Notes: generated by a model from the sequence alone, not told the origin. A stretch of DNA of 32,000 nt from Planctopirus limnophila DSM 3776 (GCF_000092105.1 NC_014148.1:1470001-1502000); one strand, 5' to 3'; counted from the stretch's first letter, positions 9,101 to 17,352 are shown. Made by a program: numbers and translations.

Positions 9101-12100
9101 CACCATTCGAAGAGCGCAGAAAGACGAGGACAGTAGAGTTGGGCTGATTCGTGGAGACCATCAACTGCACGGTCTCGCCGGGTGCGTACTCTCTGCGATC
9201 GGTCGTGAGTTCGAGATCGTTAAAGCGGAAGCCACCGGGAACGACTTCTTCCCCACGGACAGTGAAAAGATAGGCCCCTTCGACAGTTTCCAATTGGGTT
9301 TTATCGGTAGCGCTGGGAATTTGTGCGAGGTAGGCCAGTCGATACTGGCCGGCTTTCGCAGCGACAAACGACTGCTTCGCCAGACCATCCTCGCCTCGCT
9401 TTGAGGCCCATTGTTCCACTTTCGTTTCCTGGGGAGTGCCATCTTCGTCATAGCGAACCGAATAGAGCGTAAACTGACCTTCGCCAGCAAAGGGAACTCC
9501 TCCTGGTTGTGTGATCATGGCCGTTGCCTGGACGGTATCGCCTGCTTGAAAATAGCCACGATCAACCCAGACAGTCACCTGCAAAGGTCGTCTGGTGACG
9601 AGGACAGAACCACTGCCAGAGACCATGCGCCGTGAGCCATCGGTCACTTCGGCCTGAATGGTGTATTTGTGGTCGGTCTTGCCAAAAAGTTCTTTGGCGA
9701 TGGCGGTATCAATCTCGATTTCATAGGTGCCATCGGCTGAGAGGGGCGCCTCGCCGGAGGCGACGAGTTCTGGCGCTTCGACCTGGCGTGGCCACCAGCC
9801 GCGAATTGGCCCTAAGCAACCCCAGCTTTCAAAACCGGGGTACCAGGTGGCATCGGTCGCGAACCACCAGGCGCCGCGGCCGTAGAGCCAATCCCACGGA
9901 GTGATGGGGAAAAAGCGATCTTCCGAGGCCTGGCGCTCGATTTTGTAGCTGACGGTTCCCTGAGAAACGGGTGAGCCAAAGTAGTATTTGGCAGTGATCT
10001 TGGCTGTGAACTTCTGCCCGAGACGAGTGGGAATTTCGGGGCCATCGACGAGAACTTCGAATTCGGGCTTTTTGTATTCTTCCACGCGGAAGCGGCCCCA
10101 ATCCGAATTTTCGACTTCGACCGCATATTCGCCCAGTGCGGCATCCGAGGGGAGTTCGTAATCGAATTCCACGCCACCAAATCGATCCATCGCCAGCTTC
10201 TTCTCGAGAAGAACTTCACCCTGAGGCTTGCGCAGACGGATCGTGAGTGGTTGACCTTCGGGTGTGACTGCGGCCCGCACTTCGGCATAAGTGGCTAACT
10301 GCTGCCAGACCTTGAGGTGTACCGTTTGCGAGGGACGGTAGACCGGTCGATCGGTCACGACGTACGACCTTTTGCGTTCTTCCTGTTGAGTGCTGCGCTG
10401 GCCATACCAATAGCCCTGCAATCCAAGCTGGGCCAATTGCCCGGCAGGTGTTTTGGTACTGACAAACCACTGATAATCCTGCATTTCTTCGCGAGGAAAG
10501 GTGGCGATTCCCTGGGCGTTGGATTTGCCAGTGAGTGTTTTCGTCTGCACGGTGACGCGACGACCGTTGTCTTCCCACTGCTGTTTCCAGCCGAACAATT
10601 CGAGGGAGGCATTGGGAATGGGAGTCCCTGTCGAAGCGTTGGCAACGAAGTAGAGCGGGCCGGCATCCTGAGCTTTGCGCACGAGTGCGAGATCGTTCAG
10701 CCACAGAATGATCTGATCCTGATTGCCACCTTCCATGGTGACAGTGATCAGATAGGCGCCGGCTGGGAGCTTGGGAACATCAACCTCGACGAGGCTATCG
10801 CGATGCTCGGGGCGAGGGACGACAACCTGTGACCATCGGGCAACTGAAGGACCCACAAATTTTTTCTGATCGCGCGTGACAATCGAGTAGCCAATCTGGT
10901 CAGGATTCAACGCTGACCAGTCGACATCGCGCGGGTTGGTTTTGAGAACGCGTTGCGCTTCCTGAAAGAGTTCAGCAACACGAATGGGCTCGGCAACGAA
11001 AGAGATGTTCTTGCCATTGCGATACCGCACACTCAACTTAGCGTTGGTCCCTGAGATCTGCGAACGGGCGGGTTCGAGTGCGAGCCAACTGTTGACGATC
11101 TGCTCAAGATGTCTGTTCGCCTCTGTGGCTTTGGGATTCTGCTTGAGGAGTTCCCGCCACTCGGCGGCGGCCTGAGGATATTGCCTGCGATTTTCAAAGG
11201 CAGTGGCCAGTAACTCGCGGGCTGTCTGGGCAATGCCTGTGTTTTTACTCTCGGCCAGCGCCTGGTAAGTGTTGAGAAAGGCGTAGTCTTCGCGAAGCTG
11301 AAAACGGCGAATGCCGTTGGCCAGGCGTGCGACGGTTTCGTTGGGAGCTAAGGTTTCGAGTGAAAGAATCGCACCGGTCTGGCCTTCTTCTGTGGGATCG
11401 GGGAGGTGGAACCAGCCGCGTGAGCTGAGAGTCTGTACGCCGAATTGCGACTGAGCAAATTGTGCGAATTCGAGATCGACGCGAGGGCCTTCACTGGGGA
11501 GGATCTTTTTCTGTTCGGCCAGCAACCAGCGGTAACGCTCGCCATCGGACTTCGCTGCGGCCCAGCTTTCCGGGATGGAATAATAAAGTGGCTGGCCATC
11601 GGCTGTGACAGGAGCATCTGACGATTCCCGACCTCGAAACCAGATGGGAACTTCTTCAAATTCGGGCAGGAGATCGAGACTGGTGAGTGTCTGCAATCGC
11701 CAGGCCTGTTGATCGCTGCGATTGGCAGTCAGGGCATTGACCATTTGCTTGAGAATATCGACGCGAACTTTGGGCGGATTTTCGGGGGCCAGTTGCCAGG
11801 CCTGGTTCAGCAGTTGCAGCGCGCGCACGCGGTCGCGGTCATCTGACCAGACGGTTTTGCCGCGGCCATCGCCGTTCCCGCGAATGAACTCGTTCGCAAT
11901 CATCTGCCCATTGGGGAGGAGGCTTTGGTAAGTCTCTCCCGCAGCCGCCAGGACCTGATAGCTTTTCGCATGAGTGCTGACGGCCTTTTCCAGAAGCTCA
12001 TCGGCTCGCTCGATACGACCTAAGCGCTGCAGACAATCGATCATTTGAGGGAGCCACAGGCTGATCTGTGCGGGATCGGCCTGTGGATTCGAAAGCTGAG

Positions 12101-12311
12101 GCTCAATGAGTTCCAGGGCTTTAAGAAAATTGCCTTGTTTGATGAGTTCTTTGGTTTGTGAAACTGTGGCTGGGCCGGGTTGCTTCTCGGCCATAACGAA
12201 TCTCCAACCCAGTGTTAAGTCGGCAATGAGGGTGATACAGGCCACGAGCACACACAAAGTGGCCCAGCGCTTTCCTGACCAAAGCAGCTTAACGATGGCA
12301 TCAAGTTTCAT
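6138..12311 (-). CDS. Alpha-2-macroglobulin family protein (bacterial A2M/MG-domain, thioester-containing) with membrane anchor and N-terminal TPR-like extension
   Basis: 2057 aa with an N-terminal hydrophobic segment (WATLCVLVACITLIADLTLGW), followed by ~400 aa of helical TPR-like sequence and then repeated MG-like beta domains. A low-complexity bait-like segment precedes 'RQEFADTAFW'. The thioester motif 'FPYGCTEQTLNRFLP' and a C-terminal receptor-binding-like domain complete the A2M layout. Confidence 0.9.
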   Translation of the reverse strand: MKLDAIVKLLWSGKRWATLCVLVACITLIADLTLGWRFVMAEKQPGPATVSQTKELIKQGNFLKALELIEPQLSNPQADPAQISLWLPQMIDCLQRLGRIERADELLEKAVSTHAKSYQVLAAAGETYQSLLPNGQMIANEFIRGNGDGRGKTVWSDDRDRVRALQLLNQAWQLAPENPPKVRVDILKQMVNALTANRSDQQAWRLQTLTSLDLLPEFEEVPIWFRGRESSDAPVTADGQPLYYSIPESWAAAKSDGERYRWLLAEQKKILPSEGPRVDLEFAQFAQSQFGVQTLSSRGWFHLPDPTEEGQTGAILSLETLAPNETVARLANGIRRFQLREDYAFLNTYQALAESKNTGIAQTARELLATAFENRRQYPQAAAEWRELLKQNPKATEANRHLEQIVNSWLALEPARSQISGTNAKLSVRYRNGKNISFVAEPIRVAELFQEAQRVLKTNPRDVDWSALNPDQIGYSIVTRDQKKFVGPSVARWSQVVVPRPEHRDSLVEVDVPKLPAGAYLITVTMEGGNQDQIILWLNDLALVRKAQDAGPLYFVANASTGTPIPNASLELFGWKQQWEDNGRRVTVQTKTLTGKSNAQGIATFPREEMQDYQWFVSTKTPAGQLAQLGLQGYWYGQRSTQQEERKRSYVVTDRPVYRPSQTVHLKVWQQLATYAEVRAAVTPEGQPLTIRLRKPQGEVLLEKKLAMDRFGGVEFDYELPSDAALGEYAVEVENSDWGRFRVEEYKKPEFEVLVDGPEIPTRLGQKFTAKITAKYYFGSPVSQGTVSYKIERQASEDRFFPITPWDWLYGRGAWWFATDATWYPGFESWGCLGPIRGWWPRQVEAPELVASGEAPLSADGTYEIEIDTAIAKELFGKTDHKYTIQAEVTDGSRRMVSGSGSVLVTRRPLQVTVWVDRGYFQAGDTVQATAMITQPGGVPFAGEGQFTLYSVRYDEDGTPQETKVEQWASKRGEDGLAKQSFVAAKAGQYRLAYLAQIPSATDKTQLETVEGAYLFTVRGEEVVPGGFRFNDLELTTDRREYAPGETVQLMVSTNQPNSTVLVFLRSSNGVGGKVEVKQLVGQTMLIPIPLDAADRPNIFVEAITVSAGVVHSAVREIFVPPAGKLLDVSITPSQVEYLPGSEAQATLEIKDKLGQPFVGQLALSVYDRSIDAIAGGPLSGDIREFFWSWKRSHTPQNENNLSRTSFPARMPHQVVLQPIGLFGSMDVDDKVLRKRFGGGLGVRRGGMDNAERFSAMAGGAPGAPMAAMAAPMSKSQVMESADAVALNMTQIEAAPVTVRQEFADTAFWNGSIITDESGRAVVKFRMPENITGWKLRTWAMGPQAQVGEATSQVVTRKNLIVRLQAPRFFVEKDEVVLSANVRNEFAEALAAQVNIEFEGDTLQLLTPALADVVIDGQAEVRVDWRVKVVREGTATIRMIARSTKESDATQMKFPVYVHGAPRQEPFAGTLKPGVDSLAVEFKLPAERRPETAILDVRYSPTLAGAIVDALPYLVEFPYGCTEQTLNRFLPTLATQRLLLSMNLSLQEIAAKRSQLNPQEAAGPDERAVRWKRFNREPVFNEAEVAKMSREGLEALVEMQLSDGGWGWFSGFGEHSWPHTTAVVVHGLLLAKENGAPVNEESLARGIAWLQNYQAGELRWLKLPKEAHNHKSKADDTDALVFSVLGETRQFSAEMREFLYRDRVDLSVYSMSLFALALHAEGRAEQLAMLQENIGQFVVQDASNETAFLKLPAGNRWWLWHGSDIEAMATYLKLLVRTNPQSEVAPRLVKYLLNNRRHATYWNSTRDTALVIEAFIEYLKATGELNPQMTVEVWLDGKLRQEVALSKENLFTAQTRLLVTGDELTTGAHRVEFRRKGAGPVYFNVDVSYFSLEDPIPAAGLEVKVDRKFYRLDPIVKDGVRPTQTGAAQNVDEAGFKKTPLARLDELKSGDLLEIELIIETKNDYEYLLFEDLKAAGSEAVDLRSGYTGNELGAFVEFRDERVAFFVRSLPRGRHQVSYRLRAEIPGQFSALPARGHAMYAPELRGNSDEFKLRIVD
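7740..7751 (-). other. Thioester CxEQ motif (C-T-E-Q) codons of the A2M gene
   Basis: The reverse complement of CTGCTCAGTACA reads TGT ACT GAG CAG, within the context PYGCTEQT. Confidence 0.8.
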
Positions 12312-12604
12312 GGCAGTATCTTCTACAGAGGTCTATTAGGGCTGACGTCACTCAATTCCCACTGATCTTTGTTCTCAAAAACATTGAGAGAATGGACACA
12401 CAGGCGGTGGAATCGAGCAGAGAAGGGTTCATTGAGAATCGGAATGGAGAAAGGGTGTAGTAGTTTCCGGCCAAAGGAGCCTTTCACCACGGTTTGGCTG
12501 AGTAGATCACGGACGCCTCTCAATAGTTCCCGAAATCTTTGAAAGGATCGCAAAAGGCTGTTATTGGCTGACCAGGAGCAGACCGCAAGGAGAATCTGAT
12601 GAAC

Positions 12605-13579
12605 TTAACTGCAAATGCTTTGTGGTGAATGTTCGATCTGTTCTGCCACGCTATAGCCGTCGCTTTCTCGGCTGTTGAAATGGACAATCAGTTCGGCAAG
12701 AAACCCGAGTGTCATGGCCTGTGCCCCCAGGACAGCGAAGGCCAGCGAGTAGGCCAGGAGTGGTCTGCCCCCAATGGGCGTAGCGGGCCAGGTTTGCAGA
12801 ATGTTCATCAGAAACCATTCAATGGCGAGCCAGAAGAGGCCTGCAGCCCCGACGCCGAAGAGCATTAATCCCGTGGCTCCCAGGAGATGCTGGGGTCGTT
12901 GGCGATAGAACGACAGAAAGGAAACTGTCAAAAGATCGAGAAAACCGCGTGTGAAACGGCGAAAGCCGTACTTGGAATGGCCATGCTGTCTGGAGCGGTG
13001 GTGGACTTCGATTTCGGTCACTTTGAAGCCGCGCATGTGAGCGAGGACCGGAATAAATCGATGGAGTTCGCCGTAGAGTCGGATTTCGCGGGCGACTTCG
13101 GCACGAAAGAGTTTAATGCCGCAGTTATGATCATGCAGACGAAGGCCCGTCAAGCGGCTGACCATCGCATTGAAGACCCATGAAGGGTAGACCTTGTGCC
13201 ACGGGTCGAGGCGCCGGATCTTCCAGCCGTTGACGACATCCCAGTCGTCTCCCAGAGTTTCGAGAAAGTGTGGGATTCCCGCGGGATCGTCCTGAAGATC
13301 GGCATCGAGCATCATCATGAGTTCACCACGGGCGGAGTGCATGCCGGCACTCAGTGCGGCGGCTTTACCGAAGTTTCGACGGAAGCGAATACCCCGCACG
13401 CGAGAGTCTTGCCGGGAAAGATCGCGAATGGTGGCCCACGAAGCGTCGCGCGAACCATCATCGATGAAGAGAATCTCGCTGTCGAAGGGTTGCCCATCGA
13501 GGACGACAGAAAGCTCGCGATGAAGTTCCGCGAGACTTTCGGATTCGTTGTAGACGGGAATGAGAATCGACAGCCGCAT
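12605..13579 (-). CDS. Family 2 glycosyltransferase, polyprenyl-phosphate sugar transferase type (DPM1/ArnC/GtrB-like) with two C-terminal TM helices
   Basis: '[16 protein letters not shown]...[10 protein letters not shown]...[11 protein letters not shown]' are the GT2 DxD/ED signatures. C-terminal hydrophobic helices follow ([22 protein letters not shown]; [26 protein letters not shown]). I prefer the ATG at 13579, because the GT2 fold starts immediately after it. The track start at 13654 would add 25 uninformative residues. Confidence 0.85.
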   Translation of the reverse strand: MRLSILIPVYNESESLAELHRELSVVLDGQPFDSEILFIDDGSRDASWATIRDLSRQDSRVRGIRFRRNFGKAAALSAGMHSARGELMMMLDADLQDDPAGIPHFLETLGDDWDVVNGWKIRRLDPWHKVYPSWVFNAMVSRLTGLRLHDHNCGIKLFRAEVAREIRLYGELHRFIPVLAHMRGFKVTEIEVHHRSRQHGHSKYGFRRFTRGFLDLLTVSFLSFYRQRPQHLLGATGLMLFGVGAAGLFWLAIEWFLMNILQTWPATPIGGRPLLAYSLAFAVLGAQAMTLGFLAELIVHFNSRESDGYSVAEQIEHSPQSICS

Positions 13580-13685
13580 GCAGTTCCTAATCCAGAGGTT
13601 GAGACGTGATCGGCAGGCGGGAGCCTGCCCTGCATAAATCTCAAAGTGGTGCATTCCGTAGGAACTTCATGCACCCTACAAGAAA

Positions 13686-14711
13686 TCAGGGTTTGACGGG
13701 TTCTAAAAGGCTGCGGCGTAAGACTTCCTGGGCGTCGGCGAAAAATGGCTGCCAGACAATCTCGGGCTGCATGTCTCGTAAGGCGTCACGTACTTTCTGC
13801 AAAGTGTTTCGTGCCATGTGAGGGCAGCGGTTGCAGGCACAAGTTTCTCCCGTACTGGTCATGATGCCGGGGACGGGGATAAATGTGTGCTGCGGGGCGA
13901 TCTTCTGCAGCGGATGAATCATGTTTGCTTCGGTCGCGACGAGGAATGTTGTGGGCTCGGCAATCGAAGCCACATGCCGGCGCATCTTTTCAGTGCCACC
14001 AATGACATCGGCATGCTCAAGAATGTTGCGCGGGCATTCCGGGTGAGCCATGATGACGGCCTGAGGATTGTTCCGTTTGGCACGCAGAAGGTCTTGAATG
14101 CTGAAAACTTCGTGCACCATGCAGGAGCCGGGCCAGAGAATCATCTTGCGGCCAGTGACTTCGCTTAAATAGCGGCCCAGATGCTGGTCGGGAACAAAGA
14201 GAATTTCTTTGTCAGCCGGTACGCGATCGATGATTTCGCGGGCGTTGCCACTGGTCACAATCCAGTCGCAAAGGCTTTTGACGGCAGCAGAGGTATTGAT
14301 GTAAGCGACGGTCTGAATATCGCGACCGGCGGCTCGAAGCTCGTTCTGGAAGCGGGCGAGATCTTCCGGCTGGCAGCTTTCAGCAAGAGAGCATCCGGCT
14401 TGAAGATCGGGCATGAGGACGGTTTTTTCCGGGCTGAGAATCTTGGCCGATTCTCCCATAAAGTGCACACCACAGAAGACAATGACCGGATTGGTGATCG
14501 AAGCGGCATCGCGAGCGAGTTTCAGGCTGTCGCCGGTGAAATCGGCAATCTCCTGCAGGTCGCCATCGGTATAAAAGTGAGAAAGGATGGCGGCGTTGCG
14601 CTCTTTTTTGAGTGCCTCAATCTCATCCATAAGCTCCAATGGATCTTCCGCGATCGCATTGGCAAAATGAGTGGCAGGCTCGCCCGGATTCTGAATGACT
14701 GGCAAAGACAT
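13686..14711 (-). CDS. nadA: Quinolinate synthase NadA
   Basis: '[28 protein letters not shown]...[35 protein letters not shown]...MAHPECP...[13 protein letters not shown]' are classic NadA motifs. The track start (TTG, 14807) would leave only 23 bp before the divergent PIG-L gene. The ATG at 14711 gives a typical 341-aa NadA. Confidence 0.9.
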   Translation of the reverse strand: MSLPVIQNPGEPATHFANAIAEDPLELMDEIEALKKERNAAILSHFYTDGDLQEIADFTGDSLKLARDAASITNPVIVFCGVHFMGESAKILSPEKTVLMPDLQAGCSLAESCQPEDLARFQNELRAAGRDIQTVAYINTSAAVKSLCDWIVTSGNAREIIDRVPADKEILFVPDQHLGRYLSEVTGRKMILWPGSCMVHEVFSIQDLLRAKRNNPQAVIMAHPECPRNILEHADVIGGTEKMRRHVASIAEPTTFLVATEANMIHPLQKIAPQHTFIPVPGIMTSTGETCACNRCPHMARNTLQKVRDALRDMQPEIVWQPFFADAQEVLRRSLLEPVKP

Positions 14712-14830
14712 GTTCGGCGCTTTCAACTCATGAGCAGTTTGAGGCAATCCCGGCTGGCTGATCTGTAACGTCAAAGTGTCAATTTTATTCTGTGTCGTTT
14801 TCTTCAATATAGTTTAATGAGGATTCCGCA
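14712..14830. promoter_or_regulatory. Probable divergent promoter region between nadA and the PIG-L gene (AT-rich)
   Basis: 14771-14830 has 19 G/C of 60 (about 32% GC), against mid-50s % in flanking coding DNA. A TTGACA hexamer lies on the - strand at 14782-14777. GAGGA at 14819-14823 lies 7 nt before the GTG start at 14831. I could not define a convincing -10 element. Confidence 0.3.
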
Positions 14831-15646
14831 GTGAATCGACCCCTCCGCATACTCGTGATTGGTGCCCACCCTGACGATTGTGAACTCAAGGCTGGTGGAA
14901 TCTGTGCATTATACCGCCAGGCGGGCCATGAGGTGACATTTGTTTCGGTGAGTTGCGGGAATGCGGGACATCATCGGCTACAGCCCCGGGAACTCGCCGA
15001 AGTGCGAAAAGCCGAAGCGGACGCTGTCGCCCGGCTGATGGGCATTCGCTACATCATCATGGGCCAGAATGACGGAGAGATTCTGCCCACGCTGGAACTG
15101 CGGCAGAAGATGATTGCGCTGATCCGGCGTGAGCAGCCTGATCTCGTCCTGACACACCGGCCCAATGATTATCATCCGGATCATCGAGGGACATCGCAGG
15201 TGGTGGCTGATGCGGCGTACCTGCTGATTGTCCCGAATATTGTTCCCGAAGTACCGGCACTGCGCGAGAATCCGGTGATCATGTACCTTTCGGATAACTT
15301 CCAGAAGCCGACCCCTTTTGAGCCCGCCGTGGTGGTCGATGTGACGCCTGTATTTGAATCGATTCTGGATCAGCTCGCGTGCCATGCGTGTCAGTTTGGT
15401 CAATGGTTGCCCTACACGATGCTCAAACCCGAAGTGGAGGGAGCAGCCGCCATTCGACAGGCGGCCCAGGATTTTTACGAGGGATTCAACGGGCCGCTGG
15501 CCAGTCGTTTCCACAAAGAGATCGAAGCGACCTATGGACCCGAGAAAGCCTGGCAGGTTCAGTTCATTGAAGCATTTGAACCGTGCGAATACGGCGCACC
15601 ACTCACGGTAGAAGCGAAAAAGCAACTGTTTCCGTTTCTGCCTTAG
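14831..15646 (+). CDS. PIG-L / LmbE family N-acetylglucosaminyl deacetylase
   Basis: GTG start preceded by GAGGA. 'ILVIGAHPDDCELKAGG' (AHPDD zinc-binding motif) and 'HRPNDYHPDH' are present. 271 aa. Confidence 0.85.
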   Translation: MNRPLRILVIGAHPDDCELKAGGICALYRQAGHEVTFVSVSCGNAGHHRLQPRELAEVRKAEADAVARLMGIRYIIMGQNDGEILPTLELRQKMIALIRREQPDLVLTHRPNDYHPDHRGTSQVVADAAYLLIVPNIVPEVPALRENPVIMYLSDNFQKPTPFEPAVVVDVTPVFESILDQLACHACQFGQWLPYTMLKPEVEGAAAIRQAAQDFYEGFNGPLASRFHKEIEATYGPEKAWQVQFIEAFEPCEYGAPLTVEAKKQLFPFLP

Positions 15647-15737
15647 AGAATGGCTGCCAGATGAGGCGTGAAGTGCAGCGAACCATTTCCGATTCGTCCG
15701 TGTCCCCGAGAGTTAAAACTGCCGTAACCTCGTTATA

Positions 15738-15837
15738 CGGATTCCAACAAACAGTTGCGTGGAACGACCTGGGGGTTCGCGAAGACGCTCAACCCCAGCC
15801 ACCCCATACCAAGTGACGCAGTTGAATACTGGAATTC
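15738..15837 (+). repeat. Nested-palindrome intergenic repeat, copy 3 (internally deleted, 100 bp)
   Basis: CGGATTCCAACAAACAGTTGCGTGG then directly CTGGGGGTTCGCGAAGACGCTCAACCCCAGCCACCCCATACCAAGTGACGCAGTTGAATACTGGAATTC. Both termini and the right hairpin arm are retained. The left arm (GGTGGCTGGGGTTGAGTCTTCGAACCCCC) is missing. Confidence 0.8.
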
Positions 15838-15857
15838 ATGTGACATGTGGTTGTCTG

Positions 15858-16409
15858 ATGGATAAGAACTTGCTTCCGATCGATATGACCTGTTCGCTGG
15901 TGGGGCCCACGGTGGTGCTGCGGCCGATTTGTGCGGAGGATTTTGAGCCGCTGTATGAGGCTGCGGCCGATCCACTGATCTGGGAGCAGCATCCGGATCG
16001 TCAGCGCTATCAGCGGGAGCCGTTTCGACAGCGTTTTTTTGAGGGAGCGATCGCTTCCGGGAGTGCCTATGTCGTTGTTGACCAGGCGAGTGGAAAACTC
16101 GTCGGTTCGTCCCGCTTCTATGAATGGAATCTGGAAGCGAGGGAAGTGGCGATCGGTTACACATTTCTGTCGCGCAGCCATTGGGGTGGTATGACCAATG
16201 GCGAAATGAAGCGACTGATGCTCGACCATGCGTTTACCTGGGCCCAGGTGGTCTGGTTCCACATTGGTCGCGATAACTGGCGTTCACGCAAAGCGACAGA
16301 AAAGGTGGGAGCGGTGTTCTCCCATGAAGCTCCCAAAGAATTGAGCGGCATCCTGGTGGACTACACCTTTTATCGGATCGATGCCGACAATTACCGCAAA
16401 AGGTCTTAG
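15858..16409 (+). CDS. GNAT family N-acetyltransferase (RimJ/RimL-like)
   Basis: 'VVLRPICAEDFEPLYEAAADPLIWEQHP...VAIGYTFLSRSHWGGMTNGEMKRLMLDHAF...VWFHIGRDNWRSRKATEKVGA' is a typical Acetyltransf_3-type pattern. The track start at 15759 lies inside repeat copy 3, so I use the ATG at 15858 (MDKNLLP...). Confidence 0.8.
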   Translation: MDKNLLPIDMTCSLVGPTVVLRPICAEDFEPLYEAAADPLIWEQHPDRQRYQREPFRQRFFEGAIASGSAYVVVDQASGKLVGSSRFYEWNLEAREVAIGYTFLSRSHWGGMTNGEMKRLMLDHAFTWAQVVWFHIGRDNWRSRKATEKVGAVFSHEAPKELSGILVDYTFYRIDADNYRKRS

Positions 16410-16419
16410 CGTTCTTACG

Positions 16420-16553
16420 CGGATTCCTATGCAGCGGGTGGCTGGGGTTGAGTCTTCGAACCCCCAGCGATTTTCGGCACAATCTGGGGGGTCGCGAAGA
16501 CGCTCAACCCCAAACACCCCATACCAGAGAGCGCAGTTGAATACTGCAATCCG
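16420..16553 (+). repeat. Nested-palindrome intergenic repeat, copy 2 (full hairpin, 134 bp)
   Basis: CGGATTCCTATGCAGCGGGTGGCTGGGGTTGAGTCTTCGAACCCCCAGCGATTTTCGGCACAATCTGGGGGGTCGCGAAGACGCTCAACCCCAAACACCCCATACCAGAGAGCGCAGTTGAATACTGCAATCCG. It lies between the convergent stops of the GNAT gene (16409) and the DUF1080 gene (16591). Confidence 0.85.
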
Positions 16554-16590
16554 AATTAGGAATCCACGAGCCAGCAGCGGAGATGCCGGA

Positions 16591-17352
16591 TTATGGCAAC
16601 ACGAGAATGCGGAGATTGGCGAACTCGACAGGAAAACCTTCCGCCTGCAATCCAATCGGCCCACTGCTGAGAAAATTGGGCTCGGACGTGGTGATCTTTT
16701 CGCCATTGAGCAGCACCGTCAGAGCGCCGCCTTGAGAAATGACCTCCAGCGAATTCCACTCATGGGCTGGTCCAATCACCTTCTGCTGCAGTTCCTTATC
16801 GAAGGTTTGTGTCGCTTTGGCAGCACCGCCATTTTCTTTGACGGAGCCCAGATCGACATACTTTCCCTGCACTTCCATCGAGAGGGGCCAGACCTTCTGA
16901 TCGCCCGTGATATAGACGAGAACGCCTGTGTTTTCTTTGAGTGGTGAGGCGGATGACAACAAAGCGGCAGGAAATCGCAGGTCGTACCGCAGTCGAAAAT
17001 TTTCAAAGGTCTTCTGCGTGTAGAGGTAACCTTTGGGGGTGCCTGTGCCGCGAATAATGACGCCTTCTTCAGTCCAACCACTGGTAGCGACATCGTCGCT
17101 GGCTTCGGGGAAGGTGAGAAAATCGGCTAAGGCGAGTCGCTGCTCGTCAGGTTCCAGTTCGATGACTGGTGCGGGCAATTGCTGAGAAGGCGAAGCTTTG
17201 GGGAGAGTTTCCGCAGACTGAGTGCGTTCAGGCTTTTCAGGAGGAGAATTCTGAGCACAGCCACCACAGGCGAGAATGAAGAGCAGGACGGCTACTTGAG
17301 TGCTCAGAGACGCCGTAAGAAAGTGCATTGTGGGTCGATTCGATGGGGGCAT
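16591..17352 (-). CDS. DUF1080 (3-keto-disaccharide hydrolase-like) domain lipoprotein
   Basis: A signal/lipobox-like N-terminus (LLFILACGGC) with an alternative ATG at 17328 (MHFLTASL...). 'GWTEEGVIIRGTG...YLYTQKTFENFRLRYDLRF...NTGVLVYI...HEWNSLEVISQGGALTVLLNGEKI...GPIGLQAEGFPVEFANLRI' matches the DUF1080 jelly-roll pattern. Confidence 0.8.
   Translation of the reverse strand: MPPSNRPTMHFLTASLSTQVAVLLFILACGGCAQNSPPEKPERTQSAETLPKASPSQQLPAPVIELEPDEQRLALADFLTFPEASDDVATSGWTEEGVIIRGTGTPKGYLYTQKTFENFRLRYDLRFPAALLSSASPLKENTGVLVYITGDQKVWPLSMEVQGKYVDLGSVKENGGAAKATQTFDKELQQKVIGPAHEWNSLEVISQGGALTVLLNGEKITTSEPNFLSSGPIGLQAEGFPVEFANLRILVLP

Noticed and set aside
12323-12553. A 76-aa ORF (TTG start) just upstream of the A2M gene.
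   Set aside because: It has no recognisable motif, a non-ATG start and odd composition. It sits where the A2M promoter and leader are expected. Without comparative support I treat it as noncoding.
14712-14807. NAD+-I (nadA motif) riboswitch in the nadA leader.
   Set aside because: I could not identify the tandem bulged-stem domains. That motif is also, to my knowledge, restricted to Acidobacteria. A covariance-model search is needed to be certain.
16441-16520. GGTTCGAA / TTCGAACCCCC strings in the repeats, which resemble a tRNA T-arm. I considered a possible tRNA or tRNA-derived element.
   Set aside because: I could not fold an acceptor stem, D-arm or anticodon arm around them. The motif is simply part of a long two-armed hairpin. 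I found no tRNA-like cloverleaf anywhere in the intergenic regions.
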